A DNA stretch of 60,144 nt from Deltaproteobacteria bacterium (GTDB lineage Bacteria; Bdellovibrionota; JACOXK01; 2-02-FULL-40-11): positions 1-60,144 of the forward strand of contig JACQJD010000093.1 of the NCBI GenBank assembly GCA_016198185.1, in the 5' to 3' direction. A program made the position numbers and the translations under genes. Below are positions 8,338-17,738 of the stretch, in pieces (position 1 is the stretch's first letter; each line of letters begins with the position of its first letter). A model generated the notes under the pieces. The model was not told where the DNA came from and ran no database searches. It saw only the letters and a list, made by a program, of their open reading frames with translations.

Positions 8338-10458
8338 GTGAAGAAAAATTTAATTTTAGCTTTCTCATTCATATTATTCCCTTTGGCAATCTTTGCTCAG
8401 ACGGAAAGAGTTTACAATCTTCGTATTCATCAAAAAACAGTGAACATCACGGGTGAGCCTGTTAGCCATGCGCTTGCTATCAATGATCAAATTCCCGCTC
8501 CAACGCTCAGATTTAGGAAGGGGGAAATGGCTGTTATTCATGTTACCAATACATTATCTGAACCGACTACCCTTCATTGGCACGGCGTTCTGGTTCCATG
8601 GAATATGGATGGCCCGGCTTTTTCAAACAGCAAACTGATTCTCCCGGGTGAAACATTTACGTTTCGTTTTCCCATCCAGCAGACAGGAACGTATTGGTAT
8701 CATTCACACACCGGTCTTCAAATTCAAGCAGGGCTTTATGGTGCTATTGTCATTGAGGATGAAATACCTTTGGTCAAGACCGATCACGACCTTGTCATAA
8801 TACTCAGTGATTGGACGAACGAAAAACCCAACAGAGTGATGTCGAATCTTAAAAAGGATGGCGATGACTATGCCTTTAAAAAGAAATTTTTTCCATCTCT
8901 GTTAGGGGCCATTCGACATGGCGCGGTCTGGGATTATATCAAAAGTGAATGGACACGCATGGGCCCCATGGATTTAAGTGATCTTGGATACGATGCTTTT
9001 TTAATGAATGGGCAACGCAGTTCCACAATTCCTGCTATGAAACCTATGGATAAAGTTCGTCTGCGAGTGATTAATGCATCCTCCTCCACTTATTTTTATC
9101 TCAATATTGGAAATTTAAGAAATTTTACGGTTATTTCTAAAGATGGGATGGGTGTTGTTCCTTTAGAAGTAAATGAAATTTTGATGGGCATGGGAGAAAC
9201 CTATGATTTATTTTTTGAAGTTCCTCATGCGCATCATCCGATGGCATACGAATTTCGCGCCACCGCCCAAGATGTTACGGGCTTTGGGAGCCTCATTTTA
9301 GGAGATCAGCAATCTATTGAAAGAGTCCTTGACAAAATAAAGCCGAACCCTTACGCCATGGAACATGCAGGTATTCATGGGGGAAATACGTCCGAACCGC
9401 CGTCCCACGGTTCCCACCCTTCTCCTTCTCAAGGCCTCCCCACCCATGGGGATGATCCTGAGAACGTTGATGTGCCGATGTCCAATCGACTCAACGCCAA
9501 CATGCTTAAATCTCCTACCATTACGGAATTTGATTCTGCGCTTCAAAGACACAACATTCATCTTGAGTTGGATGGCGATATGGAAAGATATACCTGGTAT
9601 ATCAATGGAAAACCCTTTTCAGAAGAAAAATATATTCTCGTCCGATACAATGAAGTCGTGCGAGTCACATTGGAAAATAAAACAATGATGCATCATCCGA
9701 TGCATCTTCATGGGCATTTTTTTAGATTTTTAAATGGGCAAGGAAAATATGCTCCAAATTTTCATACCGTTGATGTCGGCCCTATGCAAACGGTTACGAT
9801 TGAATTTTGGGCCAACGAGCCTGGGGAATGGTTTTTCCACTGTCACAATGCCTATCATATGGAAATGGGAATGTCTCGACTGGTCAAATATGAAGGATTT
9901 GAAAGACCCCCAGAACTGATGGAAGAAGAGTTAAAGCATTCATCTATGGCCATGATTCATGACGATGGTTTCTATCTCAATGGAGAAGCCGAAGTGTATA
10001 CCAATCATGCTGAGCTAGAGCTGGGACTTAATGGCGGCCGGTGGGATATCGTTTTAAATCTTGAGCTTGAAAATTATAATGAAGATCATTTTGAAGCAGA
10101 AACGTTGTTTAAAAGGTACTTGAGTCGCTTTCTGGCCATTACAGGCGGGGGTGAATATGAAGATCATGAATTACATGCGCTTCTTGGATTAGCGTACAAA
10201 CTTCCTTTCAATATTGATACTCTCGTTTACTTAAGAACAGATCGTACGGTTGTGATTCGCTTAAAAAAAGAAATCCCGGTGTTACCCAGGGTAAACCTTG
10301 GCATTGAACCTAGATTTGAATACAGGGACCATTTTGATTGGGAGCTAGAAGCTTCTTTGGGGTATCGATTGACAAATCGATGGAGCCTCGATGCTTTTTA
10401 TCGACGAGAAGATGATTTGGGTCATGCCATTGGCTTTGGTTTTAAATTTGGATTCTGA
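8338..10458 (+). CDS. Multicopper oxidase (CopA-type) fused to a CopB-like outer-membrane barrel domain
   Basis: Cu-site motifs HWHG, WYHSH, HPMHLHGH and HCHNAYHMEMGM, plus a His/Pro-rich linker. The last ~180 aa have alternating beta-strand character and end in GFGFKFGF (terminal Phe), resembling the CopB family. Confidence 0.75.
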   Translation: MKKNLILAFSFILFPLAIFAQTERVYNLRIHQKTVNITGEPVSHALAINDQIPAPTLRFRKGEMAVIHVTNTLSEPTTLHWHGVLVPWNMDGPAFSNSKLILPGETFTFRFPIQQTGTYWYHSHTGLQIQAGLYGAIVIEDEIPLVKTDHDLVIILSDWTNEKPNRVMSNLKKDGDDYAFKKKFFPSLLGAIRHGAVWDYIKSEWTRMGPMDLSDLGYDAFLMNGQRSSTIPAMKPMDKVRLRVINASSSTYFYLNIGNLRNFTVISKDGMGVVPLEVNEILMGMGETYDLFFEVPHAHHPMAYEFRATAQDVTGFGSLILGDQQSIERVLDKIKPNPYAMEHAGIHGGNTSEPPSHGSHPSPSQGLPTHGDDPENVDVPMSNRLNANMLKSPTITEFDSALQRHNIHLELDGDMERYTWYINGKPFSEEKYILVRYNEVVRVTLENKTMMHHPMHLHGHFFRFLNGQGKYAPNFHTVDVGPMQTVTIEFWANEPGEWFFHCHNAYHMEMGMSRLVKYEGFERPPELMEEELKHSSMAMIHDDGFYLNGEAEVYTNHAELELGLNGGRWDIVLNLELENYNEDHFEAETLFKRYLSRFLAITGGGEYEDHELHALLGLAYKLPFNIDTLVYLRTDRTVVIRLKKEIPVLPRVNLGIEPRFEYRDHFDWELEASLGYRLTNRWSLDAFYRREDDLGHAIGFGFKFGF

Positions 10459-10459
10459 T

Positions 10460-10930
10460 ATGCCACGTCCATTTTTCAATCTTGTTTTTCTCGGCATTTT
10501 TCTAGCTCTTTTTTCTTCTGATGGTTACCCACATCGTGTTGAAAAACACGCTGAAAAAAAAGACCCATATACCTCTCAAAAAATGGCTGCAATCCAGGAG
10601 TCTTATCTTGGCAAGATTAAGCCCATTTTTCAAAAAAAATGTTTTGATTGTCATTCGCGTTTTACAATCTATCCTTGGTATTCCCATATTCCATGGGTCA
10701 AGGGCGTTCTTGAAAAAGATATTCGTGAAGGGTTAAAGCATTTGGATATGAGTCAAGGCTTTCCTTTTCAGGGGCATGGAACGCCTCTGGAAGATTTTAA
10801 AGCTATTGAAAAAACGATTATCGATAACACCATGCCCCCCCGACGATACAAACTTCTTCATTGGAATTCTGGACTAACACCCCAAGAAAAGAAAACCATT
10901 CTTGAATGGATTTCAAATAACTCCCCTTAG
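10460..10930 (+). CDS. Heme-binding-domain (Haem_bd-like) protein
   Basis: CFDCHS heme motif followed by YPWYSHIPWV. The ATG overlaps the upstream stop (TGATATG). The ORF-track start at 10391 lies inside the oxidase gene and is unlikely. Confidence 0.6.
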   Translation: MPRPFFNLVFLGIFLALFSSDGYPHRVEKHAEKKDPYTSQKMAAIQESYLGKIKPIFQKKCFDCHSRFTIYPWYSHIPWVKGVLEKDIREGLKHLDMSQGFPFQGHGTPLEDFKAIEKTIIDNTMPPRRYKLLHWNSGLTPQEKKTILEWISNNSP

Positions 10931-11079
10931 AAAGAGCTGCCCCCTATCGTATTGACTGACATTTTAGGGCAAGGTGACTAACAGATTACGTCACTTTTTT
11001 GAGGGGCGTGAGAAGGTTTCTGTAAGATCAAAAAATAAAAACCAAGTCATTTCAAGTATTTATATGCATTTTGCTGTTT

Positions 11080-11095
11080 TGGCACAAGGGTTGCA
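11080..11095 (+). promoter_or_regulatory. Sigma-54 (-24/-12) promoter
   Basis: TGGCAC-aaggg-TTGCA matches the TGGCAC-N5-TTGCW consensus. Its -12 element ends 47 nt before ATG 11143. Confidence 0.5.
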
Positions 11096-11142
11096 ATACT
11101 TAAAGGCGAGAGGTGCAATGGTGCACTTCGGAGGTTAAAACG

Positions 11143-11640
11143 ATGAAAGTATATATTCGAAAAATCCTAATTGTTCTCATGCTTACGGTATTGACCATCG
11201 CCATGACAAGTTGTGGTGACGATGACAAAGCAGATCCGACCGTGGGTTATCAAGGCAATCCTTGTAATTCTCTGACGTCTGGTTTTTCTGGATTTAAGGG
11301 TCCATTTCCGATGCCTTCCGATTATCCTGATCAAGGAAGTTTTTTACAGAATAATCCCAATGCTGTGTTTAGATATAATGGATCGTGTTATCCAGGCAAT
11401 GATGTCTACAACATGTATCAGCAATATGGTATGCCTTGGTATATGTATGACCAATCTCCATTTTCTCAATTTGAAATGTATTATCCTGGATATGAATCTT
11501 CAGGAAACTATAATTACAATTCAACTGTGAATATGAGTGGGAGTTGGGTCAATTCCGGAGACTTTTTTAATGGATTATTTACCCCTCGTACCTATCCAGG
11601 ACAATGGGGATTTAATGTTTATTACCAAGGGAAGAAATAG
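11143..11640 (+). CDS. Lipoprotein with a Tyr/Asn/Gly/Gln/Pro-rich low-complexity body
   Basis: SD ggaggt lies 7 nt upstream of ATG 11143. Signal peptide with lipobox (MTSCG). No known domain recognised. Confidence 0.55.
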   Translation: MKVYIRKILIVLMLTVLTIAMTSCGDDDKADPTVGYQGNPCNSLTSGFSGFKGPFPMPSDYPDQGSFLQNNPNAVFRYNGSCYPGNDVYNMYQQYGMPWYMYDQSPFSQFEMYYPGYESSGNYNYNSTVNMSGSWVNSGDFFNGLFTPRTYPGQWGFNVYYQGKK

Positions 11641-11648
11641 GGCAGTTT

Positions 11649-12056
11649 TTAACGTTTTGAGTATTGATATCTAGCACGAGCACCGCGTTGCCCAGCCTTC
11701 TTGCGTTCAACACGTCTAGAGTCGCGCGTTAATAATCCATGCGCTTTTAATATTTTTCGAAGTTCAGGTTGGTAAAGGGTTAAAGCTTTCGAAATTCCAT
11801 GCCGAATGGCTTGCGTCTGCCCATTCAAGCCACCGCCATTCACATTGACATAAACATCCATTTTACCTGAAAGTTTACTCAGTTCTAAAGGTTGTTCGAT
11901 AACCTTTCTCTTAGAAAGTTCTGGGAAATAGGCCTCATAGTTATTTTGATTAATCTGAAAAGTTCCATTGCCGTTGGGATATACATACACACGCGCAATG
12001 GCTGATTTTCTCTTTCCCGTTGCATAATATCTTTCTACTTTTACAGGTTGTGCCAT
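11649..12056 (-). CDS. rpsI: 30S ribosomal protein S9
   Basis: C-terminal GARARYQYSKR and overall S9 pattern. Lies downstream of rplM. Confidence 0.95.
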   Translation of the reverse strand: MAQPVKVERYYATGKRKSAIARVYVYPNGNGTFQINQNNYEAYFPELSKRKVIEQPLELSKLSGKMDVYVNVNGGGLNGQTQAIRHGISKALTLYQPELRKILKAHGLLTRDSRRVERKKAGQRGARARYQYSKR

Positions 12057-12059
12057 GGT

Positions 12060-12494
12060 TTAAGAAATGGTTTTAAGGTTTTGAGCCTGATGAGGGTGTG
12101 TCTCGCCAGCGTAGAGTTTAAGTTTGGTTAATAATTTCCCGGATAATTTATTTTTGGGCAACATGCCACGAACCGCATGGTAAATAAGACGATCTGGATG
12201 CGTTTGGCGAATGTGCTGGGCGCTGGAGGATTTTATGCCACCAATATGATGAGAGTGTCGGTAATAAAGTTTATCCGACCACTTATTGCCTGTAAGTTTA
12301 ATTTTATCCACATTGGTCACAACCACAAAGTCGCCACAATCTACATGGGGCGTAAATGTGTTTTTCCCTTTACCTCTCAAGATATTGGCAATTTTGGTCG
12401 AAAGTCTTCCTAAAACTTGATCTTTCGCATCTACATGGAACCATTGCGGTGTGAAATCCGTTGATTTTGCTTGAAATGTTCTTTGAGTGTTCAT
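12060..12494 (-). CDS. rplM: 50S ribosomal protein L13
   Basis: WFHVDAKDQVLGRLST... motif. rplM-rpsI pair. Confidence 0.95.
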   Translation of the reverse strand: MNTQRTFQAKSTDFTPQWFHVDAKDQVLGRLSTKIANILRGKGKNTFTPHVDCGDFVVVTNVDKIKLTGNKWSDKLYYRHSHHIGGIKSSSAQHIRQTHPDRLIYHAVRGMLPKNKLSGKLLTKLKLYAGETHPHQAQNLKTIS

Positions 12495-12533
12495 TTTGTA
12501 AACGCTAGAAAATACTCATCGCGAACCCAAAAG

Positions 12534-13274
12534 TCAATGGAAAACCTTGGTTAACAGCAGTCCTTGGGGTGGGGCAGATTTGGGTGCAAGTTTACGGTCT
12601 TTTGAGGCTAAAATAATTTCAAACTGCGGTAGCGTCAACCGGCCTCGGCCGATTTCCACAAATGCCCCTACCAAATTTCGGACCATTTGACGCAAAAAAC
12701 CATTTCCCTCCACCTGATAGATGAGAAAGGGTGATTTCTTCTTAAATTGTGATTGAAAAATGGTTTTAACCGTTGTGGGGACGGGTGTTCCTTGATTTTG
12801 GAATGCCTTAAAGTCATGTTTGCCAACGATGAGAGTTGCGGCCTCATTCATTTTGGAGACATCCAGCGGGTGTGGAATCCACCAACTGACATTGCGGTGC
12901 AGGGCTGAGGGTACTTTGTGATTAAAGATTTGGTAGTGATAAATTTTAGAGATTGCACTGAGTTGCGCATGAAACGTGTGATCCACAGGCTCAATCTTCT
13001 GAATGACGATGTCTTTGGGTAAAATGCTGTTTAACCCTCGTTGGAGATGTTCCAGGGGAATGGATGTATTGATTTTGCAATGTGCAATTTGAGCTTTGGC
13101 ATGAACGCCACGATCGGTTCTTCCAGAAGCCACCAGATTGATTTTTTCTTGAGTGATCGTTTCAATGGCTTCTTCAATAACTTGCTGAATGGTCAGGACA
13201 TTGTTTTGACGTTGCCATCCGCAGTATTGCGTTCCTTCGTATTCAATGGTGAATTTTAAACGATCCATAGCCAA
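12534..13274 (-). CDS. truA: tRNA pseudouridine(38-40) synthase
   Basis: GWQRQ and GRTDRGVHA catalytic-Asp motifs. Confidence 0.9.
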   Translation of the reverse strand: MAMDRLKFTIEYEGTQYCGWQRQNNVLTIQQVIEEAIETITQEKINLVASGRTDRGVHAKAQIAHCKINTSIPLEHLQRGLNSILPKDIVIQKIEPVDHTFHAQLSAISKIYHYQIFNHKVPSALHRNVSWWIPHPLDVSKMNEAATLIVGKHDFKAFQNQGTPVPTTVKTIFQSQFKKKSPFLIYQVEGNGFLRQMVRNLVGAFVEIGRGRLTLPQFEIILASKDRKLAPKSAPPQGLLLTKVFH

Positions 13275-13279
13275 AAATA

Positions 13280-14437
13280 CTAAAATTCAAATGAAAGGCC
13301 AGCTGTAATGAGTTCGTCCCCAGAAAAATCAAATTCATCGGCCACTTTGCTTTGGATCGTCCGCCATTGGGCGGTAAGATAGGTTGCATTTACACCCCAG
13401 TTGACGTCGAATGACTTGCCAGCAGTTGGGTCGATTAAGTTTAGATTAAGTTGAAGCCCCCCGCCGTAGAAATAATTCACTCGCCAAATATTATGGTATC
13501 GATCTAGGGCAATGGCTTGATCTCCTTGCATAAAATGAATGGCACCCCCTGCGACCTCCATAAAGGGAATCAGGGGTTGTTTTTTCCAAAAATGGAGTCT
13601 ATAAATTCCGCCTAAAAAAACAGGCAATGCCCAGAGGGTATAACGTTTTTCAACGGTATCGGTATCGGTGGTGGGATCAAACAGTCTTTGGATCACCCAG
13701 GATCCCGTTGTAAATTTAGGACCCAATTTCCCAAAGGGGCCTTGTAAAATTTGCCATTCCAAAGAAAGATCTGCCCAAAAACCTTTGTTTCCAAGAACGC
13801 CGCCATCATTTCTAAAAATACGATTAAAAGCAGTTCCACTGCCCAGGTAGCTGTTGGGGCGATAAATGCCGCCCGTGGCGGTGAAAGCCCAATCTTGAGG
13901 GGTTTCACCCATCGGTGGTTTTTTGAGGACCACTTTATTTTCTTCGATGGAAGAGGGCGCTCGTATGGGACTAGATTGTGTTTCTGGCTCGGCTTGAGCC
14001 GAATCGTTCAAATTTTGCGATTCGGGTGCCTCCGATAGGGGTGGCACCCACTCTTCTTCTTTTTCTTTCAAAGGAACTTCTTGCGAATCTTGCGAAGAAG
14101 GGGCTCTGAGATCATTGTTATTTTCTTCCGTTGGTGTATCAGAATCTACATTTGTTACGTTTTCATCATTCGTTTCTTCGTCCTCATCTTCGCCATCAGC
14201 TGTAGCGGCATTTTCGTCCGAGGTTGTTTCGTTTTGATCGACGTCGTCTTCTTTTTGAACTTTGGGTTTTAGGTTTTGTTGCCTTGCAGCTTCGAGCTCT
14301 TGTTCAAGTTCTAGGAGATCTTCATTTTCAAATTCGGTTTCTTGGGGTTGTTTGTTTTGAGACTCCGCCATGACAAAAGCACTCCAGACCGTTAATACCA
14401 GAAATAAGAGTAAAAAGAAATAAATTTTTTTCTTCAT
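13280..14437 (-). CDS. Outer-membrane beta-barrel protein with a long acidic N-terminal region
   Basis: Signal peptide, then ~150 aa rich in D/E/T/N/Q. The C-terminal half has alternating aromatic strands and ends in FEF. Confidence 0.55.
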   Translation of the reverse strand: MKKKIYFFLLLFLVLTVWSAFVMAESQNKQPQETEFENEDLLELEQELEAARQQNLKPKVQKEDDVDQNETTSDENAATADGEDEDEETNDENVTNVDSDTPTEENNNDLRAPSSQDSQEVPLKEKEEEWVPPLSEAPESQNLNDSAQAEPETQSSPIRAPSSIEENKVVLKKPPMGETPQDWAFTATGGIYRPNSYLGSGTAFNRIFRNDGGVLGNKGFWADLSLEWQILQGPFGKLGPKFTTGSWVIQRLFDPTTDTDTVEKRYTLWALPVFLGGIYRLHFWKKQPLIPFMEVAGGAIHFMQGDQAIALDRYHNIWRVNYFYGGGLQLNLNLIDPTAGKSFDVNWGVNATYLTAQWRTIQSKVADEFDFSGDELITAGLSFEF

Positions 14438-15465
14438 AAAAATTCGTGTATTAACGCCTCCGAAATTTGAACTGCATTAAGCGCTGCGCCTTTTCGTAAG
14501 TTATCGGAAATAATCCATAAGTTCAGTCCATGTTCGACGGTTACATCTGGTCGCAATCGCCCCACAAACGTTTCGTTTTTTCCCGTTCCAAGAACATTGG
14601 TAGGATAAATATTTTTTTGGGGGTCATCAACTACTTTTATGCCTTTGGTTTGCGATAACAGGGTCACAACCTCTTCAACCGTAAATGGATCATACGTTTC
14701 AATGTTGACGGATTCTCCATGACAACTAAAGGTGGGAATTCGAACACACGTTGCACTGACTTTGAGTTGAGGGGCATTTAAAATTTTTTGGGTTTCCAGG
14801 ATGACTTTCATTTCTTCAAAGGTGTAGCCATTGTTAAAAAAAGAATCGATGTGGGGAATGCAATTAAAAGCAATCTGATGTGGAAATTCTGAAACTTTAA
14901 GGTCTTTATTTGTAAACAAAGCAACGGTTTGCTGAGAAAGTTCTTCCATGCCTTCCTTCCCTTTACCAGAAGTGGATTGATAGGTTGAAACCACGACCCG
15001 TTTGATTCGATAAGCATCATGGATGGGTTTTAGAACTTGAACCAATTGAACGGTGGAACAATTGGGATTTGAAATCATGTTTTTATTTTTAAATTGCGAA
15101 ATAGCTTCATAGTTTACTTCGGGAACCACGAGGGGAACCTCAGGGTCCATTCGAAAGGCGCTGGAATTATCAATTGAAATAGTCCCTCGTTCTGCAAAGA
15201 GTGGAATAAATTTTTTACTAATCTCATTGCCTGCAGAAAAAAGTGCCAAGTCAATATTTTTACAACGTTCAATGTTTTCGGGTGTTAGTTTTTGGACGCG
15301 ATGAGATTTTTGCTGAAAGGGCATTAAATTTCCTTCGGATTTTTCCGAGGCAAATAAGTACAATTTCCCCACCGGAAAATTTCGTTCTTCTAAAATAGAC
15401 ACCATTTCTTTTCCCACAAGACCTGTGGCACCGATAATGGCGATGTTCCAGGAGGGTGTGCTCAT
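14434..15465 (-). CDS. asd: Aspartate-semialdehyde dehydrogenase
   Basis: IAIIGATGLVG N-terminus and the NPNCST active-site Cys region. Confidence 0.9.
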   Translation of the reverse strand: MSTPSWNIAIIGATGLVGKEMVSILEERNFPVGKLYLFASEKSEGNLMPFQQKSHRVQKLTPENIERCKNIDLALFSAGNEISKKFIPLFAERGTISIDNSSAFRMDPEVPLVVPEVNYEAISQFKNKNMISNPNCSTVQLVQVLKPIHDAYRIKRVVVSTYQSTSGKGKEGMEELSQQTVALFTNKDLKVSEFPHQIAFNCIPHIDSFFNNGYTFEEMKVILETQKILNAPQLKVSATCVRIPTFSCHGESVNIETYDPFTVEEVVTLLSQTKGIKVVDDPQKNIYPTNVLGTGKNETFVGRLRPDVTVEHGLNLWIISDNLRKGAALNAVQISEALIHEFL

Positions 15466-16250
15466 GAAGAATGTTCCTTGTTTTCGATTAATTTGAGTGC
15501 TGGTTTTTCATCTTCTGCACGGGATGGCTTTTGTTTGAAACACTGATTCCATAGGAAGGAAAGTAGGCCATAGAGTAGATATCCCATCATGACCCCAAAC
15601 ATCATAATTCCTGGGTTGTAAGCAATAATGATGGTTATAAAAATGGCAAACACCAAGAGACCGAAAGATTTTTTATCTTTCAATTCAAAATCTTTAAAAC
15701 TGCGATAGGGTATGGAGCTTACCATGAGGATGGCCAGGGTAAAGGTGATGAATAAATTAAAAGGGCTTTTAAATTCATCCCATAAAAGTTCATGATAGAT
15801 AAAAACCGTTGTTACGATTGCATAGGCTGCCATAGGAATTGGAAGTCCTTGGAAGTAAGATTTTGAAGGGGTTTGTGTTTTAATATTAAAACGTGCCAAT
15901 CGCAAAGCGCCACAAGCGACAAAAGCAAAACAGGCGAGCCACCCCACGCGACCAAAAGATTCAATGGACCAAAGATACATCAGCATGGCAGGTGCAATCC
16001 CAAAAGACATTAAATCGGCCAAGGAATCATATTCAATTCCAAATCGAGAATTGCCTTTCATGAGTCTGGCGATCCGTCCATCCAGAGAATCAAAAATACC
16101 AGCAATTAAAATCGCAAAACCAGCAGGAATGTAAAAATCTTGTAAACTGGCGACGATGGCGTAAAAGCCACAAAATAAATTTGCTGTGGTAAACAGGTTT
16201 GGCAAAAAATAAACGACATTTTCTTTTTTAGGGTACGATTTTTTTCTCAT
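15462..16250 (-). CDS. pssA: CDP-diacylglycerol--serine O-phosphatidyltransferase
   Basis: CDP-alcohol transferase motif DSLDGRIAR...G...D...D. Start set to ATG 16250 (ATGA overlap with the psd stop). The longer track ORF to 16469 overlaps psd. Confidence 0.85.
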   Translation of the reverse strand: MRKKSYPKKENVVYFLPNLFTTANLFCGFYAIVASLQDFYIPAGFAILIAGIFDSLDGRIARLMKGNSRFGIEYDSLADLMSFGIAPAMLMYLWSIESFGRVGWLACFAFVACGALRLARFNIKTQTPSKSYFQGLPIPMAAYAIVTTVFIYHELLWDEFKSPFNLFITFTLAILMVSSIPYRSFKDFELKDKKSFGLLVFAIFITIIIAYNPGIMMFGVMMGYLLYGLLSFLWNQCFKQKPSRAEDEKPALKLIENKEHSS

Positions 16251-16891
16251 ACAAATCTTGCCAGAATACTTTTGCCGGCCTTTACTTTTTGGCCAACTTG
16301 AATTTCCACAGTTGTTTCTTTGGGTAAATAGACATCTACGCGGGATCCAAACTGAATAATTCCAACGCGTTGCCCCAAAGCAAGGGTGTCTCCATGATTC
16401 ACATAACTTACAATGCGGCGTGCTACCCAGCCAGCAATTTGAACCATGACCAGTTTTCGTTCTTGGCAATCCACGAGCAGCGAAGCGCGTTGTTCATTGA
16501 GATCAGATGCTTTGTCGAGATGAGCAAGGTGGAATTTTCCAGGGTGGTAGTGAACATCTGCAATGGTTGCAGCAATGGGGGAACGATTGACATGGCAATT
16601 AAAGATAGACATAAAAATAGAAATGCGTTTTCGAGGCTCCTTTAAAAATTTATGTTCATAGGCTTCGGTCATCATACAGATTTTTCCATCAGCGGGGGAT
16701 AAAATAATGTTTTTTTCTTGAGAAGGTTCACGGTGTGGATTCCGAAAAAAAAGAGCAATGGCTACGGTGATTAGAATAAAAATGATGCCTGCCCAAGATC
16801 CTAAAAAAAACCAACCGAGCAAACTTAAAACAAACCCCACCAGAATGAATTTAAACCCTTCTTGCGCAATGAGAAAAGCGTTATTTTGCAT
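16247..16891 (-). CDS. psd: Phosphatidylserine decarboxylase (short, membrane-anchored type)
   Basis: QFGSRVD self-cleavage region and N-terminal TM segments. psd-pssA pair. Confidence 0.85.
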   Translation of the reverse strand: MQNNAFLIAQEGFKFILVGFVLSLLGWFFLGSWAGIIFILITVAIALFFRNPHREPSQEKNIILSPADGKICMMTEAYEHKFLKEPRKRISIFMSIFNCHVNRSPIAATIADVHYHPGKFHLAHLDKASDLNEQRASLLVDCQERKLVMVQIAGWVARRIVSYVNHGDTLALGQRVGIIQFGSRVDVYLPKETTVEIQVGQKVKAGKSILARFV

Positions 16892-17027
16892 AATAAAAAG
16901 GCAATGCTAACACGAGGCTTCAAAACAGTCAATTTTTCGAAGTGGGTTTACTTGAATTTCTTGTGATTTCAGAAGTCTTCTTGTTAAAATTAATTTTTAT
17001 GAAAGTCTATTTTGAGGAGGGTTAAAG

Positions 17028-17729
17028 ATGTATATTTTTTTAGCAACAACTGCTGTGGTCGGAACGCGTTATAATGCTTGGCATTTGGTTATGAGCGCAG
17101 GGCCCATGGTTAAATTTGTGATGTTTCTTTTGATTCTTGCTTCCATTGTGTGTTGGGCCATCATGATTGCAAAGTATTACGCCTTTCGGGATGTGCGGCG
17201 CTCCACCAATGAGTTTTTAGATCGATTTTATTCAGGATCTTCTTGGGAGGAATTACATAAGCGATTGCCTGACTATGAGCAGGCTCCTTTGGCGCATGTG
17301 TTTCAAGCGGGATATGGAGAGCTTCAAAAAAGTTATCGGGAACAAAAATCCAAAGAAATTGACCAGCCTCATTTAGACAATGTGATTCGTTCTATTCGCC
17401 GTGCCATTACGTTGGAAACCACAGGGCTTGAAAAAGCCGTTTATTTTTTGGCGACCACGGGATCTACTGCTCCCTTTGTCGGTTTGTTTGGAACGGTGTG
17501 GGGTATCATGAATTCCTTTCAAGGCATCGGTGCCACAGGGGTTGCCAATTTGGCTGTGGTGGCGCCTGGAATTTCTGAAGCTCTCATTGCAACGGCAATG
17601 GGGCTTGCAGCGGCTATTCCAGCGGTGGTTGCCTATAATTATTTTCAATCCCGTATTCGCATATTGGTTTCTGAAATGGAAAATTTTGCTTCTGATTTTA
17701 TTAACATTATCAAACGAAATATAGATTAG
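17028..17729 (+). CDS. tolQ: Tol-Pal system protein TolQ (MotA/TolQ/ExbB channel)
   Basis: Three TM segments, FVGLFGTVWGIM motif, tolQRAB gene order. Confidence 0.85.
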   Translation: MYIFLATTAVVGTRYNAWHLVMSAGPMVKFVMFLLILASIVCWAIMIAKYYAFRDVRRSTNEFLDRFYSGSSWEELHKRLPDYEQAPLAHVFQAGYGELQKSYREQKSKEIDQPHLDNVIRSIRRAITLETTGLEKAVYFLATTGSTAPFVGLFGTVWGIMNSFQGIGATGVANLAVVAPGISEALIATAMGLAAAIPAVVAYNYFQSRIRILVSEMENFASDFINIIKRNID

Positions 17730-17738
17730 GAGCTTACG

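Noticed and set aside
15462-16469. The 335-aa track ORF for pssA, with a 73-aa N-terminal extension.
   Set aside because: The extension overlaps the 3' third of psd in another frame and is Cys/Trp/Arg-rich nonsense. The internal ATG at 16250 gives a canonical PssA and a 4-nt ATGA junction.
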